From Octopus vulgaris (lineage: Eukaryota): a DNA stretch of 64,000 bases. The stretch spans positions 112,158,001 to 112,222,000 of the forward strand of contig OX597817.1 of the NCBI GenBank assembly GCA_951406725.2, read 5' to 3'. The notes beneath the pieces are model-generated. The model had not been told where the DNA came from, did no database searches, and saw only the letters and a list, made by a program, of their open reading frames with translations. Position 1 is the first letter of the stretch, and each line of letters begins with the position of its first letter. A program made the position numbers and the translations under genes. Positions 13,309 through 27,200 of this stretch are shown here, in pieces.

Positions 13309-13973
13309 GTATGTAACAATGTCTTTCTACATTTCTAGATGTAATTTCGCAGTAAAGCATACATATTAAATTAATAGGAATTTGTAAACTTCTTTTATTA
13401 ACTAAATCATTATTAAATATTTAATTTACTAATTACAGGTATTTATTTTTTATCTGTTAATAATGATAATAACAGTAATGAAGATGACAGAGATGTTATT
13501 TGAGAGGGAATATCATTGTTTGATTATTTGATTCATCTAACTGCATATAAATGAGTGTCAGTGTATTTAAAACATGAATGAAGCATTAAGAAGTTGAGCT
13601 TGAATAAATTATCCAGTGGGTAACAAACAGTTCTAGTTGATGACAATACTATTATTTCACTTTACCAGCTGTCATAAGCTACATTTTTAAGTATGTCTTA
13701 TCATCATCATCTACATCAACAAAGCTACATTTGTTGTCACCTGGTGGAATGATTGCACACAAATTAAGTGAATGGGCAGAAATATAAGTTTTGGACATAG
13801 ATTAATAGAAATTTTAAAGAAAAAAATAATTCACAAATATTGTTTGATACTGCATATTTTATTCTACTCCACTTTTTTAAAAGTTCTAGACATTAAATAT
13901 GGTAACAACCAATCTCAGAAATAATTTATAAACAACTGTATTTATACCATAAGGTCATATGGAATGACCCTAT

Positions 13974-14010
<37 letters not shown>

Positions 14011-14524
14011 CTAGCATAATTGATGTAGCAAACCAAGAAATTTTAATTAAAATTATCTTATTTACTATCTGACTTATTCTAATAAAATATAAAAAAAAAG
14101 CTGGAGTGTCAGGCCAAAATTTTAATTAAAATAAAATAAATATGCAGTGCTGTAAGGAGTTAGATCTTTATCAGTACAGTATATTACTATAAAGAGTATT
14201 TTCTTGGGGTAAATGTAAGCGAATAGTCATTTATATGTGTGTGAAAGAGAGAAAAAAACAAACAATTTATTTCTTAGTTGTTGTTTTTTTTTTTTAATAT
14301 AAATGTTTATCAAAATGTATTGAGCTACTTCAGTGCAAAACTGATGAAAATTGCTTTTTATTGAAACTATTGGAAATTTATCTTTTTTATTTGGAGAATA
14401 ATCCACTCTTTAACTAGCTTGATTTTAAACTTTTATTTCCCATTGTTAAGGTGATTCATATTTAGAATGTTTGTCAATAAACCATATATTTAAAAATCTA
14501 AAATATTTTGTTTTGTTTCTTTAG

Positions 14525-14654
14525 GTGTACTGCAAAAAGTGAAGATGATTTTCGCCCACTTTTTGAAAATTTTGTCCAGGATTTACTTTCAACAGTGAAT
14601 AAACCTGAATGGCCTGCATCAGAACTTTTATTGAGTCTCTTAGGGCGAATCCTT
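14525..14654 (+). CDS. NIPBL: NIPBL exon 10 (CTAKSEDDFRPLFENFVQDLLSTVNKPEWPASELLLSLLGRIL)
   Basis: ttag/gtaagt; highly conserved motif. Confidence 0.95.
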
Positions 14655-16079
14655 GTAAGTTTTGAGTTATTTAAGAATTGTTTTTTACTTTTGCGTTGTC
14701 AATATTGCTAAGTATTGATTATTTTTCTTGAACTGGTGTTCTGCTTCAGAAATATTTATGTTATTAGAAAACTGAATTGAATCATATATTCTGTTATCTT
14801 ATTAGAGTAAACATGGTTTAGAATAAAAGCTTTGTAGTTTAGTAACTTAGTATGACACTAATACACACAAACCTAAATTGGTTTGAGAAAAAGTATAAAT
14901 ATATGGATGCATGTTTTTGTGTTTAATATGTAATTTATCTCTCTCTGTCTCTCTTTTAACTTACAAGATGATTAAGAATTGGTCATCAGGCGTTTTGTAG
15001 GTTTCATTAAATGTGAATGGATGTTAGTTTTTGGGAAAAGAAATGTAAACTAGAAGCAGATAATATCCAGAGTTGAACTTACTTTGAAAAAAGTTGATGT
15101 AATTAAAAATTTGCTGATAGAAGATAGAAGAAAGCAACTTTTATTACTCATCAAACCTTGAAATGTTTGATGCTGTTTTTTTTAAACAATTTGAGTTGCA
15201 TTAGAAGGCTATTCGGTGTCTGTGTATCGGTACATCTCTACAGACTTAAATCGCACATATCTACATACTTAGACAGCAGAAAACTAGGTTTATGTCTTTG
15301 GAAAAGTATATTATAGTTGAGAAAAGTATATTATAGTTAAGAAGGATATAGTTAATTGTTAATTTGTCGTAAGTCAATAGAATTATTAATCATAATGGTT
15401 AAAACCTTTTAGTGTATATGTTCAGTATATATAATACAAACTAAGATACTGAGACATTTCAGATCATTACAATACATTGTGTATTTATCTGAATATATCA
15501 CTTATTTAACATTTTTTAAATATTTTTATTTTTATAAGGAGTTAAAAAACTTTATGTTGTTATTCCATTATAATTTTTAAAAATTACTTATAATATTTTT
15601 ATTATATCTTTTTCTTATAAAGAAAAGATATAATTTGATGTCTTGTTCTTTTCTCCAGTTTTGGTTTTCAATGAATTGGTAAAGTAATTAGGTATGAGCT
15701 GCTTTTTATTTCAAGATAAGTTATCATTAACTCAGGAACTTCATGTTTAGTTAAATAATTCATACAAAATATACCTTCTGAATGAACTTGTATTTTTAGT
15801 TAAATGTGTATACATTTAAATATTTGTTGTATTAGAAGGATTAGAATGTTACTCTGGTCTTAAATAATTTTTAAATGTAGGATGGGAGCTGAATTAGCAA
15901 TATGCAATATTTAGTTCAGCTGTTAAAAAAGTATAGAAAATTAGTTATTATATTCTTGTCCTGATGTTGGTGATGATGAATAATTCTTCTATATTTAAAT
16001 CATCGACCCTAAATGTTGCAGCTCATTATCAAATGTTTAAAGTAAAATAATTACGTATGCATTTACAATTTAAAAAAAA

Positions 16080-16900
16080 AAAGTGGGCTTATTAGTGACA
16101 GATGGGCGGTGCCTATACTTCTTTAAATACTCCCAAACTGGCAAGATAGATGCTCCTTTTAAGTTTTTATTGTTCAAGATCCGGTGGAAAAACATGAATG
16201 GGAAAGAGATTTTTAGAGAATAGCACTTCTGAGAAAGAAGAGTTGCAGAAAATGTTAAAGTGGGGTTCCTGGGAAGTAAAACACATCCAAGATGACAAGT
16301 TGTGAAGGAACAAATGGGCCAAGAATGCAGTTAGCTTGTCCAGCAAGCTAGTTGCATACTCTATGCATATACTGTTTGAGATTTAAAAGACATTCACAGG
16401 GCTGATTGTCTAATTGGGTTGAATCAACCATTAGAGTTTTTACACTTGGTGACTGTGTGTATAGTTGCCAAGATTGGTTGAATGAAAATGATAGTTTTGT
16501 GTGAATGTAGTATACAGGCAGGAAATGCAAAAGCTTTTTAATTGGGAGTTGACAGAATTATCTTAAAACTGGTGGATAGGAAGATTCAGCTGGTAGAGCC
16601 TCTTCACTTTGGGAGATGGGAGTCATTTGTAAGCTGTGAAATGTATGAAGATGTCTTTTGCTTTTCTGATGGTTATTTTGCAGGCATTGTTGTGGTGAGT
16701 TAAAGCACTCCAGTTCATCCGAGTGGATAGCTTCTTCCTGATGTTGTAGGCCTTGTTCTTCACCTGTACTACTGCAACACATCTGCAGGTGAATCTCTTA
16801 GGGGAATTTGTTGTCAGGGGCTTTAGTTGTGTGAGGGATGTGGAGGTATATATGTAGGAGGATACTTTAAACAGGTGAAATATATTTTCTACTGGGGTAA
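16080..16900 (-). mobile_element. Highly decayed non-LTR retroelement fragment
   Basis: Minus-strand remnants such as FTCRCVAVVQVKNKAY resemble the PWF..C..A...KNKAY linker of APE-RT LINEs; many stops. Confidence 0.3.
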
Positions 16901-17632
16901 TCAGTATAAACTAGCAGAGCTCTGGCAAATTAGAAATACCAAAAGGTTAGCATTGTGTGATATGTTATCATAATGGAGTAGTTATCAGGAAATACAGTAG
17001 ATGTGGATGATCTGTAGGTAAAGACTGGTGTGGAGAGGTGGCAAAGAAGTCATTAGTGTTACGTGTCAGTCAGGGATAAAGACTGTTACAGACAGATTAG
17101 AGGAATGCAAAGGATAAGAGAAACTGTGAGCCTTAAAGTCAAAGAGGATGACTTAAGAGAAGTTCTTCATGTAAAATGCTATGTGCCTAAATAATTACTG
17201 GTGGTTGGAGGAGTTCATAGACACAGGAAATGTCTGCAGTTAGTTACATTTTAAGTTTTATAAGTAATGATTTGCAAATTTATTTTTTAACTCAGATTGC
17301 ATATCCATCCACATTAGATAGTACATACTTGGGAATTGAAAAATATTATCACATTAAATACTCTTAAATATTGTATCCTTATATATTATACATTAGTTTT
17401 GTTATTTAATCTGATCAGATAATGTCCTCATCATTGGTAAATCTTTTAAAACAGCATCTATAAAACCCAAGTAGTTTATTTCAAGATACCACATCACATT
17501 TAAAGGCTACAATCAAAATGAGATTTCTTTTATACAAGTTATTCTGATTACTAATATGTGATAACTACTCCAAAGTTCACACCATCTACAATCTCAATCC
17601 CATTTCATGTTTTAAGCTTTTGAATAACATTC

Positions 17633-17970
17633 CAAACAGTGGAATCCGGGGTAGAGGGAAACTCAGGAAGACATGGTATGAGGTGCTGAAGCACGACCAT
17701 TGAACGTTAGGCCTCACAGAGGCAAAGACCGAGACCTCTGGAGATATGCTGTGACTGAGAAGATATGGCAAATAAAGTGAGTTCGCAGCTGTAACCTTCG
17801 CCATTGTTGCATAACCAGCCCACTCAAAAGTACCTTGGATCGTAGGGTGACATGCTGTGCTTGAGGAGACCTATTGAGTCAAGTACATCAACACCAAAAT
17901 CAAATGACCCCAGTCGAATCGTCCAACCCATGCCAGCATGGAAAATGGACGTTAAACGATGCTGATGCTG
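17633..17970 (+). mobile_element. 5'-truncated RTE LINE 3' end
   Basis: RGRGKLRKTWYEVLKHD...DRDLWRYAV remnant; tail ccaacccatgccagcatggaaaatggacgttaaacgatg(atg)n. Confidence 0.8.
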
Positions 17971-19196
17971 ATTCTCAAGACATGATGTTCATAACAAGAA
18001 AATTAATTGATTATAGTCCTTAACCAAGTAAATTAATTTCAAATAAGCAATATGACAATATCTACACAATTGCTTAGATTGTATCTGAATTGTATTGCAT
18101 CTGATCAATAATAAGCTAGGCAGTTTGTGGGCTATTAAATAATTAAGTTACTCCACTGCTATAGTTCTACACAACAATTATAACAACATTTAATTATGTG
18201 ACCTATTGCATTTTTGTCTTCATTCTTGATGTTTTGATATACTCTTTTAAGAAGGGTGAGCAATAGCAGAATCTGTTATAACACCAGAAAATGCTGTGTA
18301 GTGTTTAGTTATCTCTTGTTAGGGTTGGATAAGCCTTTTGTTCTTCAGTAAGATAAAATAGCCAGTAGTCAAATACTAGAACTGATTTAATCAACTATAC
18401 CTTCTCAGAAAGTTTGTGGCCTTGTGCCAAAGTTTGAAATGAATTATAACAATATGATGCTTATTAAGTATTTTGATAAATCATTACTAATCTCCATTTT
18501 ATAAACTAACTGTTGCAATTTCTTATTTACTTCTGACCTGATTAACCTTACTTTTGGTAATAATAAATGCAGCAATTGTTTCTATATAACTTTTGCACTT
18601 ATGGTGTTTTAGTTTCTGTGCTTTTCGTATTAAACTCTTAGCTAACCAAAAATTTTCTTCTTACATCTTTCTTTGTTTATCTTTCAAAATCAGCATATGT
18701 TCTTTTTTTTCACTACTTTGTGCTATGCTTATTAGATGGACAGTTTAATTTGAAGTTGTTTTCAACACCAGGGTCAGAGTACCTTTCATTGGGATGGATA
18801 ATGATATATCTGATAGTTTACAAGAATTTATTAAATAGGTTAGATGCTAGAGAATTATCCTTTTATTTTAACAATTTTTGATTTAAAGTTTCATCTTTAC
18901 TAAGATGCAGTATAAAAAATTCCATCATTTAAAATATTGCTTTAATGTTTGTATTTTGTTGTTGTTTTAATACTATAAAAATCTTTCTGTTGCATGTATA
19001 CAGTGTGTTATTCATACTACGTAAATAATACTACTGATTTATAGTAATTCAGACTTTTTGAAAACATTTTTGTTAGAAAAATAAATGATTTAAAGTTATG
19101 CTGGATACCTTTGAAAAACTACACAATTATAAAATTTTCAATATACCAAATACTTACATTTTCAGGATTTTAAGTAATTCTATTTTTTACATTTAG

Positions 19197-19340
19197 GTGC
19201 AGCAATTTAGTAACAAATCCACAGACATGTCACTGCGAGTTGCTTCACTTGAATATCTTGGTATTGTTGCGGCAAGGTTACGTAGGGATGCAATATCAAG
19301 TCACATGGATCAGGAAACTGTAAACGATATTGTTGAGAAG
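19197..19340 (+). CDS. NIPBL: NIPBL exon 11 (VQQFSNKSTDMSLRVASLEYLGIVAARLRRDA...VEK)
   Basis: ttag/gtaatt; 144 nt. Confidence 0.94.
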
Positions 19341-19607
19341 GTAATTAATCAGGACATTTTTTGTCTTTGGAATTTTTGATTTTTTCTATGAGATTTTTGA
19401 AATTTAACAATTAAATTTAAATTTGCTTGTATTCCATAAATGGAACATGTCATCTTCATACAATTAACTTAACCATATTTTGTAGCATACTCTGTTTTAA
19501 CTATGATCAATGTATATTTTCTTTATATGCTGAATATACTGTATAAATATACTGAATAAACTGATCTCATTTAGAATAAAACATTAAATTTTTTTCCCCC
19601 CCCCTAG

Positions 19608-19646
19608 ATGATGTTTTCAGGTCCGGACAGAAAAGATTCTTCATTG
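19608..19646 (+). CDS. NIPBL: Candidate 39-nt frame-preserving NIPBL mini-exon 12 (MMFSGPDRKDSSL)
   Basis: tttttccccccccctag acceptor, gtaaat donor, phase 0/0, no stop codon; no homology support. Confidence 0.65.
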
Positions 19647-20353
19647 GTAAATTATTTTCTTTGTTCTTGTATTATTTAAAAATTTAAGTGTTGTCATCAA
19701 AGAAAGTTATACAGTTGTTCTATTACTATAAAAACAAATCTTTATGGCATTTCTACTTATATTGATTTATACATTTGAATTAATAACTTCCTGATGTTTT
19801 GAATAAACCATTATTATAATCCACAAATGTTGGGTCTAGATTGAATGTTGATTATTGTATATATAATGTATGGGAAATGTTGATCTATATTTGATTTAAC
19901 TCTCTCCTCATAGTTAGTCTATGAACTTTTTAGCCCACCCTTGTAATTTAAGATGGGAAATTATATACCAAACTTTTCAATGAATTTTTTTAAAAGTTGA
20001 AATTGCATAAAGACAAGAAAATTAAGAGATATTTAAGATAATTTTAACAATTTTACAAAAAATTGTAATTTTATTTTTATGAAGAAAAGTTTCTGTTTAT
20101 CAATAAGTGAAAATAATGTTTGTAATTAAGTCATTGTTAAATAATATTGTTTTATACTATGTAACTACTTTTTCCAATCCATTTTGATAATTTATAAAAA
20201 GAGTTTTTATGATGTTTTCAATATTTCTAAACATATATCTTAGTGAGTAGACTTTTGTGTTTGGAGTTAAATTTCTTGTAAATGTTTTATTAATTATGTT
20301 TCAAAAAATTATAATTTGAAAGGATTTCTCTTGACAATGCTATTGTATTGTAG

Positions 20354-20449
20354 ATGAATATGGATAAAGATTATAGGCAAACAGAAAGCCTACAGAGAGC
20401 ATTATTAGATTATCTTGCTGAGCATGGACAGAGAGAACGAGCTTTATTG
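20354..20449 (+). CDS. NIPBL: NIPBL exon 13 (MNMDKDYRQTESLQRALLDYLAEHGQRERALL)
   Basis: gtag/gtaaga; resembles LQKALLDYL. Confidence 0.9.
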
Positions 20450-20698
20450 GTAAGATGTTTTAATTGTCAAGTGTTTATTATTATCAGATACAATTTCCTT
20501 TTGTTGAAATAGGTTCTTAAGTTTTAAAAATATTGACATACTAATTTTACATAACCTCTAATGCCTCTTATGGATTGGAGGGAAATGTAATTGTGTGATG
20601 CTCATGTATTTCTCAAAAGCATTAACCATGTAAGTAAATCTTGGCTACACTCAGAAATCTAAGTAATGCAAAAAATAAAAATTTATTTTCCTAAACAA

Positions 20699-20746
<48 letters not shown>

Positions 20747-22164
20747 AAAAAGTGGTGGAGCCCCCCCCCCAATCGTATCTTCACCATCTCTCTCTCTCTC
20801 CAACTGAGATAACGATGTATCTCCTTTTCCGAAAGGCACCTATATCTGACTGTCTACTCATACTCTAATCTCTCATCATTTGGCACGAAGCCAACCCACT
20901 CAATACTACTCCTGCCTCAGTTTAAGGTCTTGTCTTACTATTTTTTACATGCTGGTGCCATGTAAAAAAAACACCCAGGTTACTCTGTAAAGTGGTTGGC
21001 ATTGAAAAATTCATTGGATATGAAATATAAATTTAAATATCACTAGATGTACAAGAAGAATAAGAGTTTATATATGAAGATATTGCAAATTAAGATGATT
21101 GATGTAAAACAGTTATTTTCTGAAAAACCTTCAAAAAGTTTTACAAATCTTTCTGGATATATGTTAACCAAAACAACTATTCAAAATATTACATTCACAT
21201 ATATTAGGGCTAAATTGTAGCTGAGATTGAACTCAAATGAATGGTTTATCCGAACAGTGTATGAATTAAAAAAGTTGTTATATTTTCTGTTACCTGAAAA
21301 CTAGCAGAAACATATTTCTAGTTTGACTCTGTATTCAACTTGGTTAAATTTCCTCTGCTTCACAGCAAATAAGATTTGAAGGGGTGGGGTGGGGGATATT
21401 TAGAGCAGAAAAAAACCAAAGTGGGTTCTGATAATTCTGAGCTCAAATAATTTTATATTACTTGAGAAACCAGAAAGGAAAAGAAAGAAAAAACACATGA
21501 TGAGCAGCATTCTTTCGGTGTCTGGATGTTAGTAACTTCATTTTGTTAACCAGTGTAAGACAGAACTAGCTGTCAGCCAACTCCATTGTGAAAACCACTT
21601 CACTGCCATCTGTTTAGGAAGGGCAGGCAGTTTTCCTTTGTGTTGTGGCTTTGGTGAAAAACATGAATAAAAGGATTCAAAATGGGCATTTTCTTCTTCA
21701 AATAAGCCCTCATTGATTTTTTTTCCCCCTCAACTTTTACTTGGAGAAGAAGGTGAGAGTAGTGAAGTTAATGTTCACCCTCTTTCAGTAAATTTGTTGA
21801 AAGGTGAGTGAAGGTTGTGAACATAAATCCAAGTAAATGGAGGTAGTGTACTTTTAGGCTGGATGAAGAAACTTTGGTAATAACAATAATTTTTGATTGT
21901 CCTAAAATGACAGTCCTATTCTTAGGATATTTTAAAAATTTGCATACTCTGTTTATTTTCAGTTTCTTTTTCATTTCCCATTGAGTTTTCATGTAAAATT
22001 CCACATGTAATGTCTGCCTGAACAGTACAGTATTTATTGCAAAACATTCTATAATTGTTTGTGGTAAGAAAAAGATTTATGAATGTATGAGAAGTTGAAA
22101 TATATTTACAATAGCAGGAAGTCTTTTTGGAAATTTTCAGTTAATGCTTTGTTTATTCCTACAG

Positions 22165-22370
22165 TTTTCTCGTTCATTTTACATTGCACAATGGTATCGG
22201 GATACGGATATGGAAGCTGAAAAGTCAGCAAAGAAAGGATCTAGAGCAGAACAAGATGGTGATATTGAAGAAGTAGACAGATTAGCAGAAATCTTGGCTG
22301 GTTCTGAAAGAAAGAAAAAGTTTTTGCTGTCAATGGTTCCTGTGAATCCCAAACCATTGGGAACTGTGAG
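22165..22370 (+). CDS. NIPBL: NIPBL exon 14 (FSRSFYIAQWYRDT...ERKKKFLLSM...GTV)
   Basis: acag/gtatca; phase 0/2. Confidence 0.93.
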
Positions 22371-22514
22371 GTATCATATCTTTTATGCATTAGAAATTTT
22401 GAAACTATCAATTCAATTAGATAATAAAATATTCTAAATTAGTACTGATTATTTATATTTCATAAGAAATTACTGCATTATATTCTTGCCTGAGTTTAGG
22501 ATGGAATAGTGAGA

Positions 22515-22930
22515 AAGGATCTTCAGACATTGGGTCTTGCAGAGGAGATGACAAAGGACTGAGACTCCTGGTGGTTTGCTGTGCTTGAGAAGACATGTCA
22601 AGCTAAGTAAAACTGTAGCCATCCATCCATACATACAGGTATGTTCTCTACATCCCTCTCTCAGCTCTGAGGTCCTTCCCTTGAGGGCTTGCAAGTGCTG
22701 GTCTCACATAAAAAGTGCTTATGCCAGTGTCACATAAAGGTGCCTATGCCAGTGTCACATGAAATGCACCTAGTACATTCTGTAAAGTGGTTGACATTAG
22801 GAAGTGCATTCAGCTGTAGAAACTATGCCAAAATGAATGGTTGGAACCTGGGTAACTCCCCAACTGGTCATTTCCTGTCAAACCATCCAACACATGCCAG
22901 CATGGAAAGCAAACATTAAAGGATGTTGAT
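22515..22930 (+). mobile_element. RTE LINE 3' end
   Basis: KDLQTLGLAEEMTKD*DSWWFAVLEKT remnant plus the same catgccagcatggaa tail. Confidence 0.75.
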
Positions 22931-23948
22931 GTTTCGGATAATGGTAGTTTGATTAGTGAAATAAATTATTGGTTTTGAGAATGGATTTAGAACATACAAA
23001 AGCATACTTTCATATTTTGGAGGAAACTTTTTTGGAGTGAGAATGAGGTAGTGGTTAGCCTCAGGTCAGGTTTGATTGTGCAAAGCCATCCTATGATCAA
23101 AGGTGTCCTAGACATGACCATTCCATCTATTTTTCCAGATTTAGTGTATCTAGATCTGTATTATTCAAATGTCGTTTTTTTTAAGATGGTAGAATTTGAT
23201 TACAAGATTTAACTGTTATATCTAGTAACTATTAAAAGACTCCTTCATTAGCTTGGAATAGAAGAGTTGCTTAGCCTCAAGACTGAGCACCTCTGTGATA
23301 AAAGGCAACTAAATTATCCAAAAAATCCTTTTTTTAAAGCTGGTAGTGTGTGGTTTGAGAGAGAGAGAGAGGAGAATTATTGTTGCTAGCAAGTTGAGCA
23401 ATTACATAAAGGCTCAGAATAACATTATTTAGTTTGTTGAGAACATCAATGGATGTGGAGGCTTAATACTTGAGAGATTATATAGCCCAACTACCTTTAT
23501 TCTTGTGGGAGTTGTCAGAAGAAACCTGAATGAGATGAAAAAGATTTTATATGTTCTTTTGCCTCAATAAGATATTTTGTAAAGTTTGTCTGTTTGATAT
23601 ATGAAAAATTTATATTTGAGTTAACAAAATAAGCTCAGACATAAAAATTTGAAGTTTTTAAAAATAACTAAAGCAAATATAATAGACAATATGTAGAACT
23701 ATTTAAGATAGGTTATGATCAAGCCAGAATACCATAATGAAAAAACAACAACAAGAGCATTCATATGACTCTATCTAACAAATGATAGCTGTATGTAGAA
23801 TTGATGTTTATATTGAATTAATTCCAATCTTTATTTAGCTCTGAAGATTCTGAGTTATAAAATTCAAATAATTAGCAAATATGAGTGAAAAAGATGAATG
23901 TACAAATTCATTTAAAATTCAAAGCATGTTTATTCTTTTTGTAAACAG

Positions 23949-24051
23949 GACATCAAATTACTTACTTGTTTATCAAGAGGCCTGTCTTGCAGCTTGTTAT
24001 TTGAGTTCAAAAAGACCTTTTGCACAGAGCTTTGATATATATTTGACTCAG
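23949..24051 (+). CDS. NIPBL: NIPBL exon 15 (TSNYLLVYQEACLAACYLSSKRPFAQSFDIYLTQ)
   Basis: acag/gtatga; phase 2/0. Confidence 0.93.
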
Positions 24052-24109
24052 GTATGATATATGAATTTAGGATTTCTAACATTTCTAGTGCTGTATGTAA
24101 TTTCATTCA

Positions 24110-24112
<3 letters not shown>

Positions 24113-24163
<51 letters not shown>

Positions 24164-24176
24164 CATGCATGGATGG

Positions 24177-24208
<32 letters not shown>
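24113..24208. repeat. (TA)n and (TG)n microsatellites
   Basis: Read directly from the sequence. Confidence 0.95.
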
Positions 24209-24210
<2 letters not shown>

Positions 24211-24458
24211 CAAATTCTTAAGTATCATTAATTTGAGATAAAAGTCTCTATTTTTAATTTAGTATTTATGAAACATTTTACAGAATATTTTATATTATTC
24301 ATAAAACATATTTTGAGTTATATTTCTCTTATAATGAATATCTTTTCTGATCAGTTTTTCATCATAATAAGTAATCATTATGATGAAGTAAAACTTTAGC
24401 AAAACATTTATTTGATAATATAGTTTCAGCTTTTAAAATTATATATTTTGTTTTACAG

Positions 24459-24557
24459 ATCTTGCGGGTACTTAGTGAAACAGCTGTTGCTGTGAGAACA
24501 AAGGCTATGAAATGCTTATCTGCAGTTGTTGAAGCTGACCCGAGTATCTTGGCACGG
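24459..24557 (+). CDS. NIPBL: NIPBL exon 16 (ILRVLSETAVAVRTKAMKCLSAVVEADPSILAR)
   Basis: acag/gtaaaa; cohesin-loader HEAT repeat. Confidence 0.95.
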
Positions 24558-24879
24558 GTAAAAATTAATTTTTTCTCATTTGCTTTTTTGGCTTTTTATT
24601 TTAAGCTTTGAGGTTACTTTTTTTTTTTTAAAGTTTTATAACATTATTTTCTAATGATTTAGTTTTTGCAGTGTCTCACATTAAACAGTTCAGTTAGCTT
24701 GTCTAATGTTGAACATTCAAATGAATTCTAAATTAGGATTTGGGAAATAATCACTCATGATATTTATTAGAATTAGATAAATACAGCATTTGTTTTGTGT
24801 GTGTGTGTATGTGTGCAATAAATTAGCAATTGTATTAATGTATCAAAACTGTATATTTACTAAAGTTGGTCATAAAAAG

Positions 24880-25724
24880 TGGAAGAAATTACCATTTACT
24901 ATAAAATTAGAGTAACAGAAATTCATATTACTTGTCCATTTGAAATAATATTCAAACTAGAGTGCATGATAGTTAAAATAGAATACACTGACTTTGAATT
25001 CAGGTGGAGAGGTGAATCTCTTAGTTTAGAAAGAGAGTCGAGAAGTAGAGAATGTACCTTAAATATTCAGACAAAAATTTTTTTGATTAATTAAAAGTAT
25101 GTGTAACTTTCCATTGTGTGTGTGTTTGTGTGCACATGCTAGCTACATTGAATTTTTATCGTTTGTCGTTCAGTGTTGACCCTAATAGAGCAGATCTATC
25201 ATTAAAAGATGTTCCAACCTTGGTCATCCTGTCCTTTTATATATCTAATGCTGTATTACCCAATGTGATTCCTCTTTTACTTAAAAATAATTTTTAAAAA
25301 ATGTAGTATGTAATCTGAAGAATAGTTGACTGCATTTTCTAGTTGGTTAAGCAACTGCCTAAAGGCTTCTCCACTGGCTCAAGACTTGAATCCTTGTATA
25401 GTTTTTGATAGTTTCTATAATGGTCCTGTGCAAAAGGTACAGAACTTGAATTGACATAAGCACACTTAGTAGAGAATTTATCTTTAACTTTCTAATATGT
25501 TGCTTTACCAAAAATAGGAATGTTGGTTCATAATTTCTTTCCTGCTTTTTACTCCATCTTGAGCTGTTACATATTTTTTAATAGGACCAGCATGGAAGAA
25601 ATTACCATTTACTATATAATTAGAGTAACAAAAATTCATTTTACTTGTCCACTTGAAATAATATTCAAACTGGAGTGCATGATAGTTAAAATAAAATACA
25701 GTGTCTTCGAATTCAGGTGGAGAG
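24880..25724 (+). repeat. 132-bp direct duplication (24880-25011 and 25593-25724)
   Basis: Ungapped alignment, 9 mismatches by manual count. Confidence 0.9.
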
Positions 25725-26121
25725 TTGAAGAGAACTGTTTCACAACCATATGGTTTGGGTTTTGATATTTGTTGCTGAAAGTAATTCTTGATAAAATATT
25801 TTAAATTAGGTTCATTAGTGAGTAAAAGAATTCTATCATGTCTATAGCAATTTTGATTCTGTATGATTTAGCAACCCAGTAGAGTTTTTGTCCTTGAGAT
25901 AAAATTCATTTATGACCATTTTGCATGTATGTATGTGAATTTGATGTTAAAAACTATTGGAATAAAGTGTCTTTCTTGAAAAGTATTGACATCAGAAAGG
26001 GCATCCAGTTGTAGTAGTTTGGCACAAGAAATTTTCCCCACTTGTAACAGCATGGAAAATATAGACATAAAAATGATGATTAATGGTGGATGACTTATTC
26101 AAATTGCATTTTGTTTTTCAG

Positions 26122-26268
26122 GATGATATGCAGCGAGGTGTCCATGGCAGATTTCTTGATCAATCAACATCAGTACGTGAAGCAGCAGTTGAGCTAGTGG
26201 GTAAATTTATTTTGATCCGTCCAGAACTCATCCCTAAGTACTATGATATGTTATGTGACAGAATTTTG
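26122..26268 (+). CDS. NIPBL: NIPBL exon 17 (DDMQRGVHGRFLDQSTSVREAAVELVGKF...DRIL)
   Basis: tcag/gtaagt. Confidence 0.95.
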
Positions 26269-26431
26269 GTAAGTTTCTTTTCTTTTGTTTTAATAATTTG
26301 ATTTCATCAGAATAATTTGTCTTTACCTTTATTTCAGTTTTTCTGTAATATTAATTTATGATAGTAATACAAGAAAATGTGGAGTGTAATGGAGTTAAAA
26401 CTGTGACATATCCTTATTTATATTATTCCAG

Positions 26432-26566
26432 GATACTGGTATCAGTGTTCGCAAAAGGGTAATCAAAATTTTCAAAGATATATGTTTGGAACAACCAGAT
26501 TTTAATAAAATACCTGAAATGTGTGTAAAAATGATACGTAGGGTAAATGATGAAGAAGGAATAAAG
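26432..26566 (+). CDS. NIPBL: NIPBL exon 18 (DTGISVRKRVIKIFKDIC...RRVNDEEGIK)
   Basis: ccag/gtaatt. Confidence 0.95.
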
Positions 26567-27019
26567 GTAATTTTTTTTCATAACTTTTTCTATTTTGTGG
26601 GAAAAGTTGGTGGGAAGTAACTCTTGTACACTTAGTTGATGTTTGTTGCTGAAAATAATTGTCATAATTCATTTTAAATTGGGTTCATAAATGAATAAAA
26701 ATGAGCTAAAATCTGTCACATTAAAGGAATTAAATTGTGTCATGTGCTATGTACAATGAGATCTGAAATGATGATTTGCATAGTTATTCTTAATATGTTC
26801 CAGCAGATTCAAACACAAATATGCTAGTTGTTGTTATGTGTGTCAGAGAACAACTCATTTTTATGACAATAGTATGTTAATAACATGCTTGGCTGATTTG
26901 TTCAAGGGATTCTGAGACACCAGCATTTCGATGTGTTTTGTCTTGTCAGTCAGAAGCACCTGGACCACTGAGCCTAAACATGTCACTGGCTTTGTTTATA
27001 ATTTCAGCAAAGAAAACTG

Positions 27020-27200
27020 GCACCACATAAAAAAGAACCCAGCATACTCTGTAAAGTGGTTGACATAGGGAGGGCATCCAGCTATAGAAACCATGCAAAA
27101 GCAGACAGTTAAGCTTGGCACAGTCCTCTGGCTTGCCAGCCCCTGTCAAACCATCCAACCCATGCAAACCTGGAAATCAAACATTAAACGATGATGATTA
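27020..27200 (+). mobile_element. RTE-tail repeat fragment
   Basis: gtaaagtggttg...agggcatccagct...ccatccaacccatgc...taaacgatgatg. Confidence 0.7.

Noticed and set aside
22371-22380. U12-type intron (gtatca donor)
   Set aside because: Does not match GTATCCTT, and I saw no U12 branch site before the next acceptor.
24879-25765. Paralogous small ORFs MEEITIYY...FRWR
   Set aside because: They come from the 132-bp duplication, and most differences change amino acids, which argues against coding constraint.
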